Shown one piece after another: positions 34,870 through 41,411 of a stretch of DNA of 41,435 nt (positions are counted from its first letter, which is position 1; every line of letters starts with the position of its first letter). A model generated the notes under the pieces. The model had not been told where the DNA came from. It was given only the letters and a program-made list of their open reading frames with translations, and did no database searches. The stretch lies in the IMG/VR virus record IMGVR_UViG_3300045988_025362, positions 1-41,435 of that record. One strand, written 5' to 3'. The DNA comes from a virus. A program made the translations under genes and the position numbers.

Positions 34870-35377
34870 CCTCTTTCCCGACCCGAACGTGGCTAACACC
34901 ATTTTCAAATGCGTGCCAATGCGATGCACTGTAGATTTTCCGACCGTCAGCGGCTTCCGGTGGCTGCGCGCCACGACCAGTGGCAGTGGTGACATATACG
35001 CGCAATACCAGCTTACGGGAGTCGATCTTCCACGGGCCGGCGTGTATCACATTCACGCAATCTGCTATGCGCAAGGCTCCGGCGCACTTTTCCGCGTCTA
35101 TGCGGGCGTCGGTGCCGGATTCACCCTCCTGTACGAGACCGGTATCGCAGACAATCAGACGAAGTTGATTAGCGCGGACATCACGATTCCAGCCAACACG
35201 ACGCAATTGCTTATACGTGTCGTGCCACCGTCCACGGTCGGCAAATTCATGCTGATCAGAGACATCCTCCTCGAATCCAAGTCCACTTACGACACTGGCG
35301 TTGGGGGGGGGGCTTCCGGGCTTCTTCACCGGGGATACGATGCCGCTCGCCTAACCCCTTTGGGGGTGATGGCATGA
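34850..35377 (+). CDS. Fibre-associated/minor tail protein, putative receptor-binding jelly-roll; its 3' end is displaced by a G10 tract
   Basis: The N-terminus LRTNLFPDPNV is typical of actinophage minor tail proteins. After the G10 run (35303-35312) the conserved C-terminus lies in another frame (see findings). Confidence 0.65.
   Translation: MMTLRTNLFPDPNVANTIFKCVPMRCTVDFPTVSGFRWLRATTSGSGDIYAQYQLTGVDLPRAGVYHIHAICYAQGSGALFRVYAGVGAGFTLLYETGIADNQTKLISADITIPANTTQLLIRVVPPSTVGKFMLIRDILLESKSTYDTGVGGGASGLLHRGYDAARLTPLGVMA
35303..35312 (+). repeat. Homopolymeric G10 tract inside coding sequence
   Basis: Counted directly from gtt gggggggggg ctt. Confidence 0.95.
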
Positions 35378-35742
35378 GAATCATCACGAACTATGCGTCC
35401 AGCCCATTGACGGTTTGCACGACCAGCAGCCGCGTGGATTTCAGAGGCTGGAACGTCGCCAGTGGCGCGCCAACCAAGCATGTCGTCAGCGCATACTGCC
35501 AACTTGTGTCTGGCACAGGCACGATCAGATTCGGATGGGACTCCGCTCACACGCTTAACAAGTCGGGCAGGCTGACTGCCTATCCGACGAACAACTCGTT
35601 CCCAGTCGTGGTTGTCGTCACCACCGGCGACGCCGTATGGAAAATCAACAGGATGATCGTCACCTCGCAAGAGGAATACAGCCTGCTGATGGGTGAATGC
35701 GGGCTTGCTTATTTCGACGGCGACAGCATGCCGCTCGCGTGA
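35374..35742 (+). CDS. Fibre-associated/minor tail protein, paralog-like partner of 34850-35377
   Basis: 122 aa. The C-terminus GLAYFDGDSMPLA matches the out-of-frame C-terminus of the upstream gene. Confidence 0.6.
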   Translation: MRIITNYASSPLTVCTTSSRVDFRGWNVASGAPTKHVVSAYCQLVSGTGTIRFGWDSAHTLNKSGRLTAYPTNNSFPVVVVVTTGDAVWKINRMIVTSQEEYSLLMGECGLAYFDGDSMPLA

Positions 35743-35751
35743 ATTCCAAAT

Positions 35752-35772
35752 CCCGTCGATTTCGACGGGTTT
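35752..35772 (+). terminator. Small terminator hairpin at the end of the tail operon
   Basis: cccgtcg, loop attt, cgacggg, then ttt. Confidence 0.45.
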
Positions 35773-35802
35773 AAAAACCATTGAATCAAGGGAGGAATCG
35801 AT

Positions 35803-36192
35803 GTGATCCAATCTTTTCTAGCCGGTTTCGGCGGTGTGGGTGGCGCGTGCGCCCTCATCACACTGTTGCTCAGGATATGGCCGGGCGCTTTGGACGCGTT
35901 GGCGACCGGCCTGTACGCGCACGTACGGCCGGAACGCCTGCCATACGATTCGCCGCTCTCGCAGCATTTCGCCAAGACGCGGCTGCTGGGTGAGCGTACC
36001 GAGAAATTCGACGAACGTATGGACGAGCTCTGCCGGGACACGGTCAAGAACACTCTGATCGGCCTGATCTACGGCGACAAGGACACCGACCACAGCGAGG
36101 CCGTCCGATACGAGCTCGCCAAACTCGAAAAACTCGACGCGCAATGCTGGATCGTTGCCGCGGCCGAAAAATATTTGGAGGACCGGCAATGA
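35803..36192 (+). CDS. Membrane-anchored protein of the lysis cassette (holin-like/unknown)
   Basis: GTG start after gggagga. The N-terminal TM is FLAGFGGVGGACALITLLL, followed by a soluble helical part. Confidence 0.5.
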   Translation: MIQSFLAGFGGVGGACALITLLLRIWPGALDALATGLYAHVRPERLPYDSPLSQHFAKTRLLGERTEKFDERMDELCRDTVKNTLIGLIYGDKDTDHSEAVRYELAKLEKLDAQCWIVAAAEKYLEDRQ

Positions 36193-36416
36193 CGGCCAGC
36201 ATGCTCGCTTTGACGTCCGCTGCCGCCGTGTTCGTCGCGCTGCTGCTCGTAGTGGCGTGGCTGCTGTGGCGTGGCCATGACGTGCCGGTATGGCTCACCT
36301 GTGTTACGACGCTGCTTCTGGCCGCGTTCACTCTCGTCTGCGTCGTCCTGCTCATGCTGCCGCTCCTGCGACTGCTGGAGATGGCCGTCATGATATGGAC
36401 GCTCGCAGTAGCGTAA
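36189..36416 (+). CDS. Small multi-TM protein (holin candidate)
   Basis: ATGA overlap with the previous gene. 75 aa, almost entirely hydrophobic helices. Confidence 0.55.
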   Translation: MTASMLALTSAAAVFVALLLVVAWLLWRGHDVPVWLTCVTTLLLAAFTLVCVVLLMLPLLRLLEMAVMIWTLAVA

Positions 36417-36439
36417 AACCATCAAAAAGGAGAAACACA

Positions 36440-37240
36440 ATGAAATCATGGGAGAATCTGGAAGCGGACGAGAATCTCATCCTCTCCACGCACATGACCA
36501 AGGGCCGTCAGGGATGCAAGGTCGACAAGATCGTCGTGCATCATAATGGCGGCAACCTGACCGGCAAGGACTGCTATGACACGTGGCAGACCCGTGAGGC
36601 TTCCGCGCACTATCAGGCGGATGCGGACGGCAGGATCACGCAGCTCGTCTGGGATACGGACACCGCTTGGCATTCGGGTGACTGGAATGCGAATCTCACG
36701 TCCATCGGCGTGGAGCATGCCGACATCTCGGCCGACCCGTGGATGTTGAGCGAGGCGACCTTGGACAACGGAGCGCACCTCGTGGCCGCGCTCTGCAAGC
36801 ATTACGGCCTCGGACGCCCGCAATGGGGCGTCAACGTGTTCCCGCACAGCCATTTCTCCTCGACCGCCTGCCCCGCATCCATCGCCGGAAGCCAGAACGC
36901 GGACTACATGGCTCGCGCCCAGGCATGGTATGACAGGATGACCGGCGCTACGGCGCCGACGCCCGCCGTCCATCCGACGCAGTCCGCCACGGAATCGTCC
37001 GCAAACGTTTTGCAGGGCACGTATCGTGTAGCCGTGGACGGGCTCAACGTGCGCGACCGTCCGAGCGTTTCCGGCAATGTGGTCGCCACCTATTCCCACG
37101 GCCAGACCGTCAATCTGGATCATTGGGGCACGGTCGCGGACGGCTACATCTGGGGCCGTTACGTGGCTTACAGCGGAGCGGTGCGCTACGTCGCGCTGGC
37201 TCCGGCGGATAAGAGCGCCTGGTATCTCGTCAAGGCATGA
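36440..37240 (+). CDS. Endolysin: N-acetylmuramoyl-L-alanine amidase (PGRP/Amidase_2-type) with a C-terminal SH3-like wall-binding domain
   Basis: Catalytic-domain motifs are IVVHHNGG, SAHY and FPHSHFSSTACP. The C-terminus reads YRVAVDGLNVRDRPS...GYIWGRY. An RBS aaaaggag is present. Confidence 0.88.
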   Translation: MKSWENLEADENLILSTHMTKGRQGCKVDKIVVHHNGGNLTGKDCYDTWQTREASAHYQADADGRITQLVWDTDTAWHSGDWNANLTSIGVEHADISADPWMLSEATLDNGAHLVAALCKHYGLGRPQWGVNVFPHSHFSSTACPASIAGSQNADYMARAQAWYDRMTGATAPTPAVHPTQSATESSANVLQGTYRVAVDGLNVRDRPSVSGNVVATYSHGQTVNLDHWGTVADGYIWGRYVAYSGAVRYVALAPADKSAWYLVKA

Positions 37241-37258
37241 AAGGAAAGGTGGAATTAA

Positions 37259-37540
37259 ATGGCTGAACATGCAGAAAAGAACACTTTGGAGACAACCATC
37301 GCCAATCTCACCGACGAGCGCGAGGATGGCACCGACAACGTGCAGCCCGATAGCGCGTACACTCCCGTATTTTCGAAGCAGGTGCGTACCGTCGTCTACG
37401 TGTTGGGCCTGATCGCTTCGTGCGTTGGCCTTGGCTTCATGACGTTCGGTGATGCGGCTGTCGGCGGCTACATTTCGACCGTGGCCGGCTTCATCGCCAG
37501 CGGTCTTGGCGTCGCCTACAATCCGCTGCGCAACGGCTGA
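37259..37540 (+). CDS. Holin (two TM helices, resembles r1t-type holins)
   Basis: 93 aa with an acidic N-terminus. The TM helices are VVYVLGLIASCVGLGFMTF and GYISTVAGFIASGLGV. It lies adjacent to the endolysin. Confidence 0.7.
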   Translation: MAEHAEKNTLETTIANLTDEREDGTDNVQPDSAYTPVFSKQVRTVVYVLGLIASCVGLGFMTFGDAAVGGYISTVAGFIASGLGVAYNPLRNG

Positions 37541-37592
37541 CAGTGATTAATTTTCTGGCATGAGACTCAAACTCGCGCCGGAAAATCAAACT

Positions 37593-37650
37593 CGGGTGTG
37601 GAAAAATTTGCGGCACTGTAGTGTCCGTGGAATTTTTTACACCCGTTTTC
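37593..37650 (+). terminator. Long imperfect hairpin plus T-tract after the lysis cassette
   Basis: cgggtgtggaaaaatt (37593-37608) pairs with gaattttttacacccg (37630-37645), then ttttc. Confidence 0.5.
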
Positions 37651-37658
37651 TAACATTT

Positions 37659-37695
37659 GCCCCTTCTCCATCATGGAGGAGGGGCTTTATTTTTA
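37659..37695 (+). terminator. Rho-independent terminator
   Basis: gccccttctcc (37659-37669), loop atcat, ggaggaggggc (37675-37685), then tttattttt. Confidence 0.75.
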
Positions 37696-37706
37696 GGACT
37701 TTTCAA

Positions 37707-38490
37707 ATGGGCATCAGACAACAGACGATTGACGATTACGGCGCGTTCGTGGAGAAATTCAAACCGAAGAAGACCACGGACGACTGCTACACCCCCCCCC
37801 GCAGTGTATGAGACGATAAAGGACTGGGCATGCCGTGAGTTTGGCATCGACCCCAGCAAGGTGGTGCGCCCGTTCTATCCGGGCGGCGACTACGAGAGTT
37901 TCGACTATTCTGGTGGCAAGGTGGTGGTGGACAATCCACCTTTCTCGATTCTGTCGAAGATATGCGCGTTCTACCGTGACCGTGGCATTCCGTTCTTCTT
38001 GTTCGCTCCGAACCTAACGATTTTCAGCAGCACGTCGCGCAACGGCGCGCATATGCTGGTCACTGATTGCGCGATCGAATACGCCAACGGCGCTATCGTC
38101 AACACCGGCTTCGTGACGAGTTTCGGCGATGACCTGATCCGCACCGCACCGGATCTGACGAAGCTGGTCAACGATGCGGTGAAACGAGTCAGGCGCAAAA
38201 GCAGGAAACATCTGCCGAAGTATGCGTATCCGCCGGAATTGTTGACCGTCACGCGACTTAATAAGGTCGGCAATGCCGGCTTGGATTTTCGCGTCAAGGC
38301 TTCGGATGTGGCGTTCACACGGGCACTCGATTCGCAGAAGGCCGCGAAGAAGACCATCTTCGGCGGCGGCTATCTGATGAGCGAAGCCAAGGCCGCGGAA
38401 CTGAAGGCCGCGGAACTGAAGGCCGCGGAGGATGTGACCGTATGGCCTCTCAACGACAAAGAACAACAGATCATCGGAAAACTCGGTTAA
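37707..38490 (+). pseudogene. DNA N6-adenine methyltransferase interrupted by a frameshift in a C9 tract (phase-OFF, pseudogene or homopolymer error)
   Basis: The N-terminal piece MGIRQQTIDDYGAFVEKFKPKKTTDDCYTPP (frame of 37707) continues in the +1 frame as AVYETIKDW...VVDNPPFS (motif IV NPPF). The two pieces join in frame with 8 or 11 C instead of 9. Confidence 0.75.
37792..37800 (+). repeat. Homopolymeric C9 tract inside the methyltransferase gene
   Basis: Counted directly from tac a ccccccccc gca. Confidence 0.95.
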
Positions 38491-38495
38491 ACATC

Positions 38496-38533
38496 GCCCC
38501 TCTCTCAGCTGATGCTGGGGGAGGGGCTTTTCT
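38496..38533 (+). terminator. Rho-independent terminator after the methyltransferase gene
   Basis: 38496-38509 pairs with 38514-38527, giving 14 bp with 2 GU. The loop is tgat and is followed by ttttct. Confidence 0.7.
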
Positions 38534-38600
38534 GCGTTTCAGCGCGTGTTCGCAAGTCGATGGAAACCGGCTTCGATGCCCTGCGCTTCGCGGCCGGGGA

Positions 38601-39029
38601 TCAGTCCTCGCCATTCCAAAGGCAATCGCCGTATTCGCGAACTTCGCCGATGGTGGGCGCTCCAATCGTGCCCATGGGCCGGCACGCCATGCGATTGATG
38701 TCGGACAACAGTGCGGTTCTGTCAGTCTTCTCCCAATCCTCGTACATGCCGGACGCCCATTCGCCTGGGCGGATGGCGATTCCGCCATCCTCTTTTATCG
38801 AGATGACCATTGGCACGCCATTGACGTCAATCTCGGTGGCGTAGGGATTGACGGTGGTCTTCTCCGCGTCATAGATCGACGCGAAGAACAGTTCCATCGC
38901 CGTTTCCGGTGCTCGATGCTGGAATGCGAACCATTCGTCGGCGTCGGCGAAGAGTCGTTCGATGGCTTCTTCCGGTGGGAGCGAGATCGTCTTGTTGGTG
39001 CAGCGCGTGGTGAATGTGATCGTTGCCAT
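38601..39029 (-). CDS. Hypothetical highly acidic protein (142 aa, net charge about -13)
   Basis: The ATG at 39029 follows aaagga. The gene is driven by promoter-operator copy 1. The N-terminus is MATITFTTRCTNK and the C-terminus is ...GEVREYGDCLWNGED. No recognisable family. Confidence 0.65.
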   Translation of the reverse strand: MATITFTTRCTNKTISLPPEEAIERLFADADEWFAFQHRAPETAMELFFASIYDAEKTTVNPYATEIDVNGVPMVISIKEDGGIAIRPGEWASGMYEDWEKTDRTALLSDINRMACRPMGTIGAPTIGEVREYGDCLWNGED

Positions 39030-39046
39030 TTTGGTTTGTCCTTTCT

Positions 39047-39091
39047 TTTGCTGACACTCGTATATTACCGCAAGTGCGGTAATAATCAAGT
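39047..39091 (-). promoter_or_regulatory. Promoter-operator cassette, copy 1
   Basis: This 45 bp is identical to 40043-40087. The minus strand reads TTGATT, 16 nt, TAATAT. The perfect palindrome TATTACCGC-AAGT-GCGGTAATA (39063-39084) fills the spacer. The leader is GTGTCAGCAAA. Confidence 0.7.
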
Positions 39092-39108
39092 ACGACACGC
39101 CATGAAAA

Positions 39109-39333
39109 TCAATCCAAACCGTCCCACAGCTCGTCAAGGGAGACGCCAAGTGCCTCGGACACCTTTTTCGCGGTGTCCAAACGCATCGTATGCGGATCTC
39201 GCGCACGCTTCGGCCGAGGCGTGCAGTCCCAGGCCTCCAAAGCCCAAAAATACGAAACCGAATTGATTCCGACCCTCGCGCGTAGATCCTGCTGCGACAA
39301 TCCGGCGCGCTCGCGCATCGCACGCAAAGTCAT
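39109..39333 (-). CDS. XRE-family HTH regulator (74 aa)
   Basis: The HTH reads MTLRAMRERAGLSQQDLRARVGINSVSYFWALE. A strong RBS ggagga lies 6 nt upstream of the ATG at 39333. Confidence 0.8.
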   Translation of the reverse strand: MTLRAMRERAGLSQQDLRARVGINSVSYFWALEAWDCTPRPKRARDPHTMRLDTAKKVSEALGVSLDELWDGLD

Positions 39334-39370
39334 TCGTGTTCCTCCATGTTGTTTTCCGTCCATGCGTTCG

Positions 39371-39404
39371 ACAAAACAAAACGCCTCGACCGAAGCCGAG
39401 GCGT
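39371..39404 (-). terminator. Rho-independent terminator (minus-strand polarity)
   Basis: On the minus strand: acgcctcg, loop gcttcggt, cgaggcgt, then tttgttttg. Confidence 0.65.
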
Positions 39405-39568
39405 CTCGCGACATCAAAACATGCCTAATATGTATTTTCAATCCACACCAAATCCGAGAGGATCTGGCGACAGTGGAAATCCACGCATGTTGCACATAAT
39501 TTCAATCCACGTTCCGGCATCTCATGCCGGGACGACACGCCTCACGATACTCTGGCTGGCACGTCGTG

Positions 39569-40021
39569 TCAATCCAGCTCGTTCGACATTCCGGCCTTCT
39601 TCTCGGCCACGAGCCGGTCGAACATGACGTGGGCCAGTGCGTCGAAGGCTTCGCCGCGTTTTTCGATCCACCATGCCGCGCTGGTATGTTCGGCGATGAT
39701 GGAGAGCATGCGGGGCTGGAACCGATCGCGCAGGTCGTGGCTCGTGCGGTTGATGACTCCGTCGCGCAGGTCGTTCGCCCACTTGACCTGCTTCGGCGTA
39801 CCGTCGAGGTCTGGCATGATCTCTGCGACGCGATGCTGTTCGCGCCAGTCGGCGTTCTTGGCGTTCTCCGCCGCAAGGCGTTCGTCGCGTTCCTTGCCGT
39901 GGCATTCCGGGCACTTTTGCGTGGCGAGCCATGCGAGGTGGCTTTCGCGCTTTTCGGTCTTGCCGAAGAGTTCGATGCGTTCTTCGTGTCCGCAGCTGTA
40001 TTTCGCGTCGTAGTGTGCCAT
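39569..40021 (-). CDS. Hypothetical protein with an N-terminal Cys/His zinc-ribbon-like motif (150 aa)
   Basis: The N-terminus is MAHYDAKYSCGHEERIELFG...QKCPECHG. A GTPKQVKWANDLRDGV segment is present. The gene is driven by promoter-operator copy 2. Confidence 0.65.
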   Translation of the reverse strand: MAHYDAKYSCGHEERIELFGKTEKRESHLAWLATQKCPECHGKERDERLAAENAKNADWREQHRVAEIMPDLDGTPKQVKWANDLRDGVINRTSHDLRDRFQPRMLSIIAEHTSAAWWIEKRGEAFDALAHVMFDRLVAEKKAGMSNELD

Positions 40022-40042
40022 TTTCGTGTTCCTTGCTTGTTC

Positions 40043-40087
40043 TTTGCTGACACTCGTATATTACCGCAAGTGCGGTAATAATCAAGT
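40043..40087 (-). promoter_or_regulatory. Promoter-operator cassette, copy 2
   Basis: Identical to 39047-39091. The palindrome lies at 40059-40080. Confidence 0.7.
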
Positions 40088-40139
40088 CGGGCGTGTCGCA
40101 CACTAGACTGGAATCGTCCTTTGCTGACACGATGGACAA

Positions 40140-40179
40140 GGCGGAGCCGGGCAATGCAAGGCTCCGCCTCTCTTATAAT
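40140..40179 (+). promoter_or_regulatory. Inverted repeat plus TATAAT box upstream of int
   Basis: GGCGGAGCC (40140-40148), 11 nt, GGCTCCGCC (40160-40168), then TATAAT at 40174-40179. The leader TGTCAGCAAAAGGAG follows. Confidence 0.45.
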
Positions 40180-40207
40180 TGGCCATGTCAGCAAAAGGAG
40201 TCCACGC

Positions 40208-41383
40208 ATGGCCTACACCATCCGCCAATACGCCACCAAAGCCGGAAAAAGATACGAAGTCAGATACCGCAAACCGGACGGCACGCCGACCGGCAAACGC
40301 GGCTTCAAACGCAAAATGGACGCCGACGCATGGGGAGACCAGCACGTCAACGCCGCCAAAAGGGACGGCAGCTTCGTCGACCAGTCAGCCGGACGCACCC
40401 TGGTGTCTGACATCTACGCCGAGTGGATGGATTCGCGTCGCCCGATCCTCAAGCCAAACACCATCCGCACCGACGAAGCCACCTGGAAGACGCACGTGGA
40501 GCCGGAATACGCGGCACGACAGATGGGCTCCATCACACACCGCGAACTGCAGGCCTTTATCAGCGGCAAGGCCGAGACATTGGCCCCGAGCACGGTGCTC
40601 AAGATCGTCGGCGTGCTCAAGGGCGTCTGCGATCTCGCCGTCAAAAACAGGCTCATCGCCAAGGCTCCGACCGACGAACTCGCGCTGCCCAGGCGTGAGG
40701 GCAGGAGACTGCACCGGTATCTCACCGTCAAGCAACTGCTGGACGTCGCGGACGAGGCCGGCAGGGCGCGTATCCAGCCGACCGACCGCAAGGCGCTCGT
40801 GCTGGTGCTTGGCCTGTGCGGACTGCGTTGGGGCGAGATGTGCGGATTGAGGGTGGAGGACGTGGACTATGGACGCCGCCGAATACACGTCAGGCGGAAT
40901 GTTACGCGCATCGGCAGTGAGTGGTCGGAGACCTCGCCGAAGTCGCATGAGATGCGCGACGTGCCCATGCCATCCATAGTCGGCGATGCGCTGCTTCCCG
41001 TACTGGCCGGCAAAGGGCCGTCCGATTGGGTTTTCCGCGACCATCTCGGCCGTCCTCCACGCAACCAGTCTGCCGCGGGTGCGAAAACGAACCGCACGTG
41101 GTTTATCAGCGCGTGCAGGAGGGCGGGCGTGGAGCCTCTGCCGCCGCATGACCTGCGGCACACCGCCGCATCCATCGCGGTGCACGCCGGCGCGAACATC
41201 AAGGCTTTGCAGCGGATGCTTGGACACAAGTCGGCGGCCATGACGTTGGACGTCTATGCCGATCTTTTCGATTCCGACTTGGATGATGTGGCGCGCACCA
41301 TCGACGCCGCGGTGCAGGTTGCTTCGCAGGATGTGGGCAAAATGTGGGCACAGGTGGATGCCGCACGTGTTCGGGATGTTTGA
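40208..41383 (+). CDS. int: Tyrosine recombinase/phage integrase
   Basis: 391 aa with RBS aaaaggag. The N-terminal arm-binding-type domain reads YEVRYRKPDG..KRGFKRKMDA. Catalytic residues are GLRWGEMCGLRVEDVD, HDLRHTAAS and LGHKSAAMTLDVYADL. Confidence 0.93.
   Translation: MAYTIRQYATKAGKRYEVRYRKPDGTPTGKRGFKRKMDADAWGDQHVNAAKRDGSFVDQSAGRTLVSDIYAEWMDSRRPILKPNTIRTDEATWKTHVEPEYAARQMGSITHRELQAFISGKAETLAPSTVLKIVGVLKGVCDLAVKNRLIAKAPTDELALPRREGRRLHRYLTVKQLLDVADEAGRARIQPTDRKALVLVLGLCGLRWGEMCGLRVEDVDYGRRRIHVRRNVTRIGSEWSETSPKSHEMRDVPMPSIVGDALLPVLAGKGPSDWVFRDHLGRPPRNQSAAGAKTNRTWFISACRRAGVEPLPPHDLRHTAASIAVHAGANIKALQRMLGHKSAAMTLDVYADLFDSDLDDVARTIDAAVQVASQDVGKMWAQVDAARVRDV
41332..41351 (+). promoter_or_regulatory. 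Putative arm-type integrase-binding boxes, second copy (inside the int 3' end)
   Basis: tgtgggcaaaatgtgggcac is identical to 143-162. Confidence 0.45.
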
Positions 41384-41411
41384 ATCGTTGGAATCTCAAG
41401 GATTCCATGAA

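Noticed and set aside
33684-35800. A search for a host-range diversification device near the fibre genes: an invertase/shufflon with inverted repeats, or a diversity-generating retroelement with template/variable repeats and a reverse transcriptase.
   Set aside because: The window contains no recombinase other than int, no reverse transcriptase and no TR/VR-like near-identical repeat pair. The only variability device seen is the G10 tract.
38442-39266. A plus-strand 274-aa ORF across the methyltransferase terminator and the island.
   Set aside because: It reads through a strong terminator and a promoter cassette and is antisense to two well-supported genes. Its composition is Arg/Gly-rich.
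37707-39333. A type II restriction-modification system with a controller protein: methyltransferase convergent with an XRE (C-protein-like) gene followed by a small gene (38601-39029) as the endonuclease.
   Set aside because: The 142-aa candidate is extremely acidic (net about -13), has only a weak D..SIK pseudo-motif and has its own strong promoter. The same promoter-operator also drives an unrelated gene upstream. The arrangement fits a regulated moron island better, but it remains testable by toxicity assays in a methylase-free host.
40121-40207. An N-terminal extension of the integrase ORF (ORF track start at 40121).
   Set aside because: The extension covers the promoter and inverted-repeat region and has no RBS. 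The ATG at 40208 lies 7 nt after AAAAGGAG and begins the conserved arm-binding domain.
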